Shown here one piece after another: positions 39,467 through 48,221 of a stretch of DNA of 64,000 nt. Origin of the DNA: Acidobacteriota bacterium. Its GTDB lineage: Bacteria; Acidobacteriota; CAIWXX01. Where the stretch lies: the NCBI GenBank assembly GCA_040755995.1, contig JBFMAF010000023.1:224001-288000 (forward strand), read 5' to 3'. Made by a program: the position numbers and the translations under genes. Every line of letters starts with the position of its first letter. Within the stretch, counting starts at the first letter, position 1. The notes beneath the pieces were generated by a model. The model had not been told where the DNA came from. It saw nothing but the letters and a program-made list of their open reading frames with translations, and searched no databases.

Positions 39467-40648
39467 ATGCAAAGCATTCCGTCCGGAAGGATTCTCGTCA
39501 CGTTCGGAACGTATCTGCTGCTGTGTATTCCGAGACCAGCCACAGCACAGCCGGTCATCACAGTAAACGACATCAGCGTACAGGAAGGGAATACCGGCAC
39601 CACCACGGCGACGTTCACGTTCGTCCGCTCCTACACCGGGCAGACCTCCTCGGTTGCGTACGCGACCCAACCCCTCCGCACTTCGCTGATGGATACCGTC
39701 GAGGGTTCCGGCGCGTGCGGGGGCGGCAGCGATTACATCGGCGCGCGGGGAACCGTCTCGTTCACCTCGAGCGAACGCTCGAAGACCGTCAACGTTCAGA
39801 TCTGCCCGGACTACACGGTGGAAAGCCACAACGAGATGTTCCTTCTCACCCTGAGCTCTCACACGGGAGCCAAGCGCGGCACCCTCTATGCGAAATGCAC
39901 AATCGTGGACGATGACAGATTGCCGTACGTCACCATCGAGGATTATGGACGCCTCGAAGGCAGCTCCAGTTCGTCCGCTTTCTGGTTCCCAATAACGCTC
40001 GAGAAGAGCAGCACGCAGCGGGTAACCGTCTGGTTCGACGTGCGGTCGGTAACCGACCTTCCGCATGGGACGCCCGACACGGCCACTGCTGGAACATCAT
40101 GCGGAGGATCCACGGACTACTGGGGTGCCACTGGCCGGTCAATCGTCTTCAGCCCTGGGGAGACACGGAAGTCCATCGACGTAAACGTCTGCGGCGATAC
40201 GACGATCGAGCCGGAGGAGACGTTCAGCGTCGTGTTGACGCGGGCCGAGGGCGCCATCCCGCGAGGCACTGGGCGCGGGACAATCTACAACGATGACCTG
40301 CCAGTCCTGTCAGTCCTAGACTTCAACGTGAATGAAGGCGGCACCGCCTATTGCCAATTGAGACTCTCTTCCACCAATCACCACGGCTGCTATGTCGACT
40401 ACCGAGTCATTCAAGGAACTGCCTACCCCTCGGACATGTACCAGGCGTGTTCGAATGCGAGTGATGTCTGGAACAAAAGCGGAACTGCCAGCTTCAGTGA
40501 CGGCACAGATTACATCATGATCGAAATACCCACCTGCGGGGATACGGTTCGCGAGGGAAACGAAACATTCCAGATTCATTTCACCAACCCAAGAGGACTA
40601 TCAGTGCCAGACACTTTGGCGGTCGGCACGATCATCGACAACGACTGA
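39467..40648 (+). CDS. Secreted protein with three Calx-beta domains
   Basis: SD AGGAGG, signal peptide, Calx-beta repeats, ends 'AVGTIIDND'. Confidence 0.92.
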   Translation: MQSIPSGRILVTFGTYLLLCIPRPATAQPVITVNDISVQEGNTGTTTATFTFVRSYTGQTSSVAYATQPLRTSLMDTVEGSGACGGGSDYIGARGTVSFTSSERSKTVNVQICPDYTVESHNEMFLLTLSSHTGAKRGTLYAKCTIVDDDRLPYVTIEDYGRLEGSSSSSAFWFPITLEKSSTQRVTVWFDVRSVTDLPHGTPDTATAGTSCGGSTDYWGATGRSIVFSPGETRKSIDVNVCGDTTIEPEETFSVVLTRAEGAIPRGTGRGTIYNDDLPVLSVLDFNVNEGGTAYCQLRLSSTNHHGCYVDYRVIQGTAYPSDMYQACSNASDVWNKSGTASFSDGTDYIMIEIPTCGDTVREGNETFQIHFTNPRGLSVPDTLAVGTIIDND

Positions 40649-41423
40649 ATCCACTGGCATTAGAACGTACTCGGCGGGGAAAGATCGAATCCCCGCCGAG
40701 CAATGCATGCCGATTGCCGGGTGAACCGGGGCCGGCAGGCCAACACCTCAAGCGTGACGACGGCCGGACTTGATCGTGCTGGTTCGAGTAGCGACTGATT
40801 GGTTCGACGTGCCTCTCCGAAGCTCGCTCCCGCTGTGATGGAGCGTCCGGGAGGAACGGGAACCGCGATGCACCGTACTTTCCATTCATGACCATCGCGA
40901 AGGTCGCCTTTCCATCGCGCGAGGGTTGGCTCACGGGTGTGCTCGCCATGCCGGTGTTCTCCAAGCCGGACGATCACCATCGGACTCAGACTCGAGCTCG
41001 TCGGCTTGGCCCCGCGCGCACTCGAATCCCGCGTCAGTGAATGAGGGGCGGAACCAGAAGACCGTCAGCTCGTCGACCACAGTGACGATCACCGCCGGAC
41101 CGGGATCCGGCTCGAAGAGTGCAACCATCGTCGTCCGGCATTAGCAGGCTTCCCGGGCCGCCGAGACAGCGCATTGTCGGCGACATTGCTGAGTGGCAGT
41201 ACATCGAGAGCAACGATTGCAGGCGTTTGACCTTCCACCACCCCCAGCATGTGCTCCCAATTGGAACGGGATCAGTCTGAGGGCGCGACGGAGTCTCATC
41301 AGCACGGCGATATCACGAAAGGGGCCGCTGCGTGCGGCCACCGCATCGAGGGTGGCCGCGGTTAGGATGCCAGGCGGAACCATGTTGGACCGTAGATGGG
41401 TTCAGTCGCCGGTGGTCGGCACC

Positions 41424-41451
41424 TGGCCCCCTTTTCTCCCTCCTTGCGCGT
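41424..41451 (+). promoter_or_regulatory. Putative ECF promoter, copy 4
   Basis: TGGCCCC-N16-CGCGT. Confidence 0.7.
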
Positions 41452-41483
41452 CTTTCAATGTGGGGCGAACCCAGGAGGACAAA

Positions 41484-42857
41484 ATGAGAAGACTCTTCCT
41501 TGTCGCGACGACTGTGTGCCTGACGTGGAGCGCCGATACCGCGCCCGCCGCTGAGTTCAATATCGCCGACGGTGACGTCGCGGGGCTGGTTGCGGCCGTC
41601 AACACCGCTAACGCCAACAATCAGCCCGACGTAATTCACCTCGCCGCAGGGGGAACTTACACCCTGACGGTGATCCAAGAGACCAACGATGGTGGAAACG
41701 GCTTGCCGGTGATCATGCTCGACACGAGCACCGCGAACACGCTTACCATCGAGGGGCACGGTGCCACGCTGATGAGGAGCGCGGACGGAGGCACACCGAG
41801 CTTTCGGATTCTGAAGCAAGGAAACGGAGCGCTCATCCTGAACGACCTGACGGTGGCCGGCGGGTTCACACCCCACGAGGGTGGGATCTTCCACCTCTCG
41901 AGCGGTATCACATCGATACAGCGATGCACGCTCACCGGCAGCCACTCCGATAATAAGGGTGAGGCCCTCTACATAGGAAACAGCTGCAACGTTACCCTCG
42001 TGAACTGCACCCTCTCCGGGAACTCAAGTGCGAAGACATCGGACCTGAGCAATTCGGCAGGCGGCGGGTGCATCAATACACGGGGTACCCTTACGCTGCG
42101 CCACTGCACGGTGGCGAACAACCTGCACACCGGCCCGGCCGCATCGGGAGGCGGAATCAGGGTGTGGGGAACCCTGACGCTCGTCAACACAGTCCTCGGC
42201 AACAACTCCGACCAGTCCGGCCCGAATGATCTTGAGCGCGTGAGCGGCACGGTGAACTCGACCAACAGCCTGATCGAGGCCCTTGCTGCAGGGACGATCA
42301 ACGGCACTGACGTCGGGAATATCACAGGCCTCGACACCGTCCTCGGGCCTCTGGCCGACAACGGAGGACTCACGATGACGCATGCCCTCCTCCCGTCCAG
42401 TCCGGCGATCGACGCCGCGAGCGCCGCCGACTGCGAGAGTCAAGATCAACGAGGCCTCCCCCGGCCCTCCGGCCTCGGCTGCGACATCGGCGCATATGAG
42501 CTCATACAAGAACCCGATCTCGTTCCCGATCTGCAGTCCACCGTGAAGCTCGATAGCAACCTGAAGTCATTCGTGGCCCGCTTCAAGGTGTTGAACGACG
42601 GTTTCACGCCGGCTGGACCGTTCACGGTCGGCTTGTACCTTTCCGCGGATGCCACCTTCGGCCGGCGCGACAGGCTGCTCAAGAAGCTCAGCGTCGGCGC
42701 TATCGGGCCGTCAGGTGCGAGCAAGTTGCTGCGGGTGAAATACCAGGGATCTCGATCGATCCTGGGCAAGTACGTGATCATAGCCGTCGACACGACGAAC
42801 GCGGTCGACGAGGGGAGCGAAGACAACAACGTCCTGGTGAAACTCCTGTCAAAATAG
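41484..42857 (+). CDS. Secreted beta-helix (choice-of-anchor Q type) protein with C-terminal CARDB-like domain
   Basis: Signal peptide, GGI repeats, 'LGPLADNGG.T.THAL...SPAIDA...DQRG..RP....CDIGAYE', 'VD..NAVDE..EDNN'. Confidence 0.9.
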   Translation: MRRLFLVATTVCLTWSADTAPAAEFNIADGDVAGLVAAVNTANANNQPDVIHLAAGGTYTLTVIQETNDGGNGLPVIMLDTSTANTLTIEGHGATLMRSADGGTPSFRILKQGNGALILNDLTVAGGFTPHEGGIFHLSSGITSIQRCTLTGSHSDNKGEALYIGNSCNVTLVNCTLSGNSSAKTSDLSNSAGGGCINTRGTLTLRHCTVANNLHTGPAASGGGIRVWGTLTLVNTVLGNNSDQSGPNDLERVSGTVNSTNSLIEALAAGTINGTDVGNITGLDTVLGPLADNGGLTMTHALLPSSPAIDAASAADCESQDQRGLPRPSGLGCDIGAYELIQEPDLVPDLQSTVKLDSNLKSFVARFKVLNDGFTPAGPFTVGLYLSADATFGRRDRLLKKLSVGAIGPSGASKLLRVKYQGSRSILGKYVIIAVDTTNAVDEGSEDNNVLVKLLSK

Positions 42858-42989
42858 CGAGGCGCGGCCTCAGACCGATGAAGCATGCGAGGCCGCTCCG
42901 GCCGCGCCTCGCGGAGAGAGTGGAGAGTGGGCAGCTCCCGTGTGACGATGACGCACCGCTCCGAAAATTTGACTCAATCGCGATATGTT
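42855..42989 (+). repeat. 135-bp structured element starting at a stop codon, copy 1
   Basis: Ungapped ~81% match (25 mismatches by hand) to the reverse complement of 57526-57660. Confidence 0.85.
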
Positions 42990-43034
42990 CTTCGCCTCAG
43001 GCCATTCTAGGGCGGGTTCTGCACCCCTGACCGA

Positions 43035-44192
43035 TCACAAGCCTATTTCCCGCAGTCCTTGTTGCCACGGCAGGACCCAGATACCGGCGATCTTCCTTGC
43101 TGTGGAATCCCGGGACAGGCAGAATGACTCGCTGTGAGGAATGTCTTTCGCCAGGGATGCCAGGGCGCGAATGTCATCGTCGACGACGTGTTCGGTCGAC
43201 TTGATCTCCACAAGTGCCCGCGGCATGCCGGGACGTTCCACAATCAAGTCGATCTCCACCCCATCTTTGGTCCTGAGGTACGAAAGGCGGTAGTCCCTCT
43301 TCTTGTATGACTGCAGCCTGACCACTTCATTGACTACGAAATGCTCGAATGCGACTCCGTACCCGTATGTGCGTGGCACGAGCGGGACGTTGAGAATGTT
43401 GCTCAGAGATCGCAGCACTCCCGTGTCAAAAAAGTAGAACTTCGGGTTTCCCTTCTGTCGCTTGCGTATCGACTCATGGAAGGGCTGCAGCATGAAGCCG
43501 ATAAGCGTGTCTTCGAGGATCTCGAAGTACGACTGAACCGTCGGTGTGCTGGCGCCGATCTCCCTTGCTATCTTTGAGAAGTTGAGGATCTGGCCGCTCA
43601 TTTGGGCGGCCACGACGAGGAAACGGCGAAAGGGAACCAGGCGGCGAACAATCTGTTCTTGCAGGATTTCTTCCTGAAGATAGGTGTGAGCGTAGGCTCT
43701 GAGAAAATCCTGCTTTTCCTCGGATGTCTCCAGCGAGAACAGGTGGGGAAGCGTTCCCCACTCGAGAGTGGACTGCAGCGAAAAACTGTCCCCGATTTCC
43801 TGAGCTGTCAGCGGAAACAGATGATTGACAAAGGCTCTTCCGGCGAGAAGATTGGCGCCGCCGTGTTTCAGTTTTCGTGCGCTGGAACCCGACAGCACAA
43901 AGCGGAAGCGAGCCGATTCTATTTGCTGGTGCACCAGATCAAGGAGTTTGGGGACTCTCTGAACTTCATCTATGACGACCCAATCGATTTCTCTGCCGAG
44001 CGCTCCCAACTGTTCCGTCAGTGTTTGGGGTCTCAGGCTGTATGTTTCCGTCAAATCCGGATTCAGAAGATCAATGAAGAAAGTCCGTGTGGGGCTCAAC
44101 CGGTGTTTCAAGAGGTGAGTCTTTCCTGTCCCTCTTGCACCAAAGAGAAAGAAGCTGTTCTTCTTCGGCAGGCGAATCAGTCTATCAAACAT
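43035..44192 (-). CDS. AAA_14 ATPase with DUF4143 domain
   Basis: GARGTGKT, 'IDEVQ', 'SGSSARKL', 'PKFYFFDTG', 'EIDLI...VEIKS'. Confidence 0.93.
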   Translation of the reverse strand: MFDRLIRLPKKNSFFLFGARGTGKTHLLKHRLSPTRTFFIDLLNPDLTETYSLRPQTLTEQLGALGREIDWVVIDEVQRVPKLLDLVHQQIESARFRFVLSGSSARKLKHGGANLLAGRAFVNHLFPLTAQEIGDSFSLQSTLEWGTLPHLFSLETSEEKQDFLRAYAHTYLQEEILQEQIVRRLVPFRRFLVVAAQMSGQILNFSKIAREIGASTPTVQSYFEILEDTLIGFMLQPFHESIRKRQKGNPKFYFFDTGVLRSLSNILNVPLVPRTYGYGVAFEHFVVNEVVRLQSYKKRDYRLSYLRTKDGVEIDLIVERPGMPRALVEIKSTEHVVDDDIRALASLAKDIPHSESFCLSRDSTARKIAGIWVLPWQQGLREIGL

Positions 44193-44448
44193 ATTTTAGA
44201 ATCGTCCGACAATTATGAAGTATACTTGTTGCTCGAATGCGGTTCAACAGGGCCCCTGTGTGAAGTTCCGGAGGGAGCAATGATCGGTTCCTGGCGGTGA
44301 GCTCATTGCGGCTCCTCGATCATGCAGGCCCCCTGCGCCGGCGACTCGCGCGATAGAACCCGGTTAGCTGGCAGCCGGAATTCGGCACTGAATACCAGAC
44401 TCAATCTGCGTCATCTCCTGCCTCTCCACTACCCCTGTTACCGATAGG

Positions 44449-44531
44449 CAGACTCATCACAAGAATGATGTGAATACACGATTGTTCCCTACCCTTGAGA
44501 GCTCCGATAATCAGTCGGGCGGTTTGATACA
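44449..44531 (+). repeat. Second copy of the ECF-gene upstream region (first copy 30633-30715)
   Basis: Shared CAGACTCATCAC.AGAATGATGTGAATA...GATAATCAGT.GGGCGGTT.GATAC. Confidence 0.85.
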
Positions 44532-44552
44532 CGGGGAAAGAGGCTGGAATGA

Positions 44553-44580
44553 CGGCCCCGAATCACCGGGATTCCCGCGT
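44553..44580 (+). promoter_or_regulatory. Putative ECF promoter, copy 5
   Basis: CGGCCCC-N16-CGCGT. Confidence 0.7.
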
Positions 44581-44638
44581 TCATAGACGGGGGTTGTAAG
44601 GCGTGTGGCACAAGCCATGACGACTGGAGGAAAAGAAC

Positions 44639-44870
44639 ATGGGAATCAAGACCAGCGGCAAACTGCTCGTGTCGTTCGTTTCGTTCCTACTGGTGCATCT
44701 GCCAACCTTGGCGTCTGCCCTACCATCTTTCTCCATCAATGACGTAACGGTGGAAGAAGGGAACCTCGGCTATAGCAACGCGGAGCTTCGAGACGGCGAG
44801 GCAGTGGGCACCATCGTAAATGATGACTGATGATCCAGTAATACCCGTCCTCTCCATGGGTGACGTGTCT
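44639..44870 (+). pseudogene. Internally deleted Calx-beta gene, paralogue of 35327-36505
   Basis: Same signal peptide, 'INDVTVEEGN' fused to 'AVGTIVNDD', then shifted-frame 'DPVIPVLSMGDVS'. Confidence 0.8.
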
Positions 44871-45012
44871 TGCAGTGACTTGATGATGCCGAGGGGTGTC
44901 GCACTCACTCTCGTTGTCCATGCTGGAGTTACTACCTCAGTAGTAACTCGGACACGCGGTACGAAGAGCAGCTTTCTGCGTCCAAGACTAATCGAGTAGA
45001 GGAGAAGTGAAA

Positions 45013-46641
45013 ATGGAACATCGAACGGTGATCGTAGCGATTCTGTGCTCGCTTCTGTGCATGATCCCGGCGGCGGCCGGCAATCTGTGGGTGCGTACAT
45101 TCGATACGAGCGGGTCCGCGGATGAGGCGCGGTCGGTCGTGGAGACTGCGGATGGAGGTCTGTGCTTCCTCGGGAAGACGAGCCCTGAGAGTGCGTTACG
45201 CATCGTGAAGATAAGCTCGACCGGCGTACTTGAATGGCAGCGATCCTATGGGTACGGGTCGGCCTTCTTCACGGTGCGCAGGCTTATCCAGACGAGTGAC
45301 GGCGGGTTTGCCGTGGCTGGCGATGTCATGGGGGACAAGGGGCTCCTCCTGCGATTCAGCGGCTCGGGATCCCTGCTCTGGCAGCGCATGTATGGCGGCA
45401 CGTCGTCCGGCTTCTATGATGTGGAGGAGACGGATGACGGAGGCTTCATCCTGGCAGGCAGCACCGGCGACTACGACGTGGGGAGCGGCGACACCTGGGT
45501 GGTCAAGACGGACTCGTCAGGCGAGGTCGTGTGGGCGAAGGCGTATGGCGGCACCGGTGCCGAGGAACATGGCAGCGCGGAGCAGACGAGCGACGGCGGC
45601 TACATAGTCTCCGCACAGAGCGATTCGTTTGGGAGCGCAACCGGGATACTGTGGCTGCTCAAGCTCGACTCTACAGGCACGCCGGTATGGCAGAGGCAGT
45701 ATGACGGCGGAGATTGGATGGACGGATTCGCTCGACCGACAGCAGAGGGTGGATACATCGTCTCTGGCTGGATTGGCGGCGCAGCCAGAGATGCGATTCT
45801 CATGAAGCTCACATCGAGCGGGAGCGTGTCATGGGCCAGGACCTACGGCGGCGGCGATGACGATGTTGCAAGCCCGCACCCCGCCACCTGCAGCGACGGC
45901 GGCTTCCTCGTCGCAGGAACCACGCGATCCTTCGGCGCAGGCGGCCGGGACGCCTGGATGTTCAAGACCGATTCATCCGGTTCGCTGATGTGGCAACGGA
46001 GCTATGGATCCAGCGGTGATGACGACGTCCGTGACGGCCCAATAGAGACCGGCAGCCACGGGGCGGCGCTGGCCGGTACGTACAGACCGGCATCGGTTTC
46101 TGATGCATTCCTGCTGCGCACGACTTCCAGCGGCGACGTCGACCCATCCTGCGGCTCGACGGTCCAGATCGGTGGCGCTACCGCCTCAACCTTCACACCG
46201 GCTGTTTCAGATACGACGGCGACCGTAACTCCGATTTCGCTCACGGCCATCCCGGCCGGGATGTCGGAAACGGTCCTGGCGATGACCACCGCCAACATAT
46301 GCACATCACCAGACCTGGCCGATCTCACGGGCTCCTTCACCAAGCTCAGGAGGAAGGGGTCGGCCATCAAGGTGACATTCAGCTGCCGCAACATTGGAAC
46401 GCTCGCCAGTGGCAGCTTCAATCTGAAGATCTATCTCGCGGGGAGCCCGACGGTGGGCCGGAAGGCCAACCTGATTGCGACGAAATCAATCGGGCCGCTC
46501 GCCCCCGGTGCGACCGCTGCGATCAAGGCGAACGGTCAGAAGACGAGCAAAACGAAATACGTCGTGGCAGTCATCGACACAACGAGCGCTGTTGTCGAAT
46601 CCGATGAAGGGAACAACAAGATCGCCGCGTCGGTGCCGTAG
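45013..46641 (+). CDS. Secreted beta-propeller-repeat protein with C-terminal CARDB-like domain
   Basis: Repeats 'T.DGG...AG...D.W..K.DSSG...W.R.YGG'; C-terminal 'ID....V.ESDEGNN'. Confidence 0.88.
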   Translation: MEHRTVIVAILCSLLCMIPAAAGNLWVRTFDTSGSADEARSVVETADGGLCFLGKTSPESALRIVKISSTGVLEWQRSYGYGSAFFTVRRLIQTSDGGFAVAGDVMGDKGLLLRFSGSGSLLWQRMYGGTSSGFYDVEETDDGGFILAGSTGDYDVGSGDTWVVKTDSSGEVVWAKAYGGTGAEEHGSAEQTSDGGYIVSAQSDSFGSATGILWLLKLDSTGTPVWQRQYDGGDWMDGFARPTAEGGYIVSGWIGGAARDAILMKLTSSGSVSWARTYGGGDDDVASPHPATCSDGGFLVAGTTRSFGAGGRDAWMFKTDSSGSLMWQRSYGSSGDDDVRDGPIETGSHGAALAGTYRPASVSDAFLLRTTSSGDVDPSCGSTVQIGGATASTFTPAVSDTTATVTPISLTAIPAGMSETVLAMTTANICTSPDLADLTGSFTKLRRKGSAIKVTFSCRNIGTLASGSFNLKIYLAGSPTVGRKANLIATKSIGPLAPGATAAIKANGQKTSKTKYVVAVIDTTSAVVESDEGNNKIAASVP

Positions 46642-46677
46642 TCACGCATGTTCCAAACCTCACTGAAAGGGTCAACA

Positions 46678-48045
46678 ATGTGTCGAAGAGGAGCAGTTCG
46701 ATATCTCGTGGTCGTGTGCTCAGTTGTGCTTGCTTCGCCGACGGCGTCGGGTTCGGGAGCGGAGGAGCCCCAGGCGCTGATCTCTGCGAGTCCCGATGAG
46801 AACGGTACAGATCGCTTCAGAATCATGGCCGAGGTCAAGCTGCATCTGAGGGACTCCGCGGCGGTCGAGGTCAAGGACGCTTTTCCGTTTCCACCGGATT
46901 TCATACCGCCCGGCCAGGACGGCGTGTATCTGCGCACGCCGGATGCCGGGACGTCGCTCGATATTTCCAATCTGGCGCTGATCGGGGAGGCCGATCTGAC
47001 GCCGGATATCAAAGGGCGCGTGCGCGTTCACATCCTCGACCTGTACAACCGCAACCCGACCTCCTCGGACGACCGCATCGCGTTGCGGGAGGCATGGGTA
47101 CAGTTCGGTCACCGCTATGATCCGCTCAAGGCGACGCCGCGTTCATCTTTTTATGCGCTCCTGGGCAAGGCGCCGCGTTTCAACCGCCAGACCACCCGTC
47201 GTCTGGAGAGCTACGGCCTCTGGGGGACGGCGGTGGGGCGGTTGGAGCAGGTGCAGTTGCAGCTCGGGGGATCGACGGGGAAAGCGGTCTACTGGCGTGT
47301 CCATCTGGCCAACGGGAATCCGGTGTTCTTCCGTGACCCGAATGCACTGGCGGGCGACAACGGGACGCCGGAGCGAGTCCCGGGCGCGGTTGATCCGATC
47401 TACCAGTCCGGGTTTCCGATTCTCTACGACACGAAGGCCGGCGACGTCAGTGGTCGATTCGAAGGTGGGGCGGGCTTGGGTGTCCGCGTCCTCGGCGCGG
47501 ACGAGAAGACGGGTATCGACGTATTGGGCTGGTACTTCTCGAGGCGCCTCGCTGACCGCGCGCGTATTCAGGGTACGTACTACGGTGGGGAGATCGAGCT
47601 GCTCCAGGGGGCAGGGATTTCGCTCCCGATTACGAGTCGCGACAAGAAAGAGCGGGGCCTGAACGCGGAAGGGAAATGGCGGGGGATGCATGTCTTTGCA
47701 CAGTATATCCGACAGGACATCGCCGGGCTGGTGCGAGACGGTGTAGAGATCGAGACCGCGTACCGGCTCCCGATCAACGGGCTCTTCGCCCTCGGTGACT
47801 CACCTCTATTCAACTGGATTCAGCCGGCTTTTCGCTATTCGACTATCGACAACAAGTTCGAGGCCCCTGTGCAGTTTGTCGCGCCATCGGTCGCGTGGGA
47901 CTGGGACAAGTATGACATCGGCGTGCGCGTAGGTGTCTATCCCGGAATCGATGTGACGGCTGAATACGCCCGTAACGAAATGCACACCAGAGCCGGACCG
48001 AAGCATCCGGACGAGTTGCTGGTGACACTCCGCGCGGCCTTCTGA
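46678..48045 (+). CDS. Putative outer-membrane beta-barrel protein
   Basis: Signal peptide, amphipathic strands, C-terminal 'VTLRAAF'. Confidence 0.7.
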   Translation: MCRRGAVRYLVVVCSVVLASPTASGSGAEEPQALISASPDENGTDRFRIMAEVKLHLRDSAAVEVKDAFPFPPDFIPPGQDGVYLRTPDAGTSLDISNLALIGEADLTPDIKGRVRVHILDLYNRNPTSSDDRIALREAWVQFGHRYDPLKATPRSSFYALLGKAPRFNRQTTRRLESYGLWGTAVGRLEQVQLQLGGSTGKAVYWRVHLANGNPVFFRDPNALAGDNGTPERVPGAVDPIYQSGFPILYDTKAGDVSGRFEGGAGLGVRVLGADEKTGIDVLGWYFSRRLADRARIQGTYYGGEIELLQGAGISLPITSRDKKERGLNAEGKWRGMHVFAQYIRQDIAGLVRDGVEIETAYRLPINGLFALGDSPLFNWIQPAFRYSTIDNKFEAPVQFVAPSVAWDWDKYDIGVRVGVYPGIDVTAEYARNEMHTRAGPKHPDELLVTLRAAF

Positions 48046-48058
48046 ACGACCATGGCCG

Positions 48059-48103
48059 CCGTGAACCGTGAACCGCGAACCGAGAACCGTGAACCGCGAA
48101 CCG
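48059..48103. repeat. Heptamer tandem repeat (CG[T/C/A]GAAC)x6
   Basis: ccgtgaaccgtgaaccgcgaaccgagaaccgtgaaccgcgaaccg. Confidence 0.9.
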
Positions 48104-48152
48104 GTTGGGGTCTGATGGCCATGCCGCGGCCCGTTCAGGCCGCGCTGCACCG

Positions 48153-48180
48153 TGGCCCCGAATCACCGGGATTCGCGCGT
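48153..48180 (+). promoter_or_regulatory. Putative ECF promoter, copy 6
   Basis: TGGCCCC-N16-CGCGT. Confidence 0.7.
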
Positions 48181-48221
48181 TTATGAGTGGACGGAAGGGG
48201 CGATTCCTCCCGGGGGTGAAG

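Noticed and set aside
41300..41327. Seventh ECF promoter on the minus strand
   Set aside because: CGGCCCC is present but there is no CGCGT at the right spacing and no credible downstream gene
40650..41330. Coding fragments between the Calx-beta and beta-helix genes
   Set aside because: Short ORFs with no recognisable motif; cannot be supported by eye
33537..44870. Diversity-generating retroelement or shufflon explaining the repeats
   Set aside because: No reverse transcriptase or recombinase in the window, and mismatches are not confined to adenines
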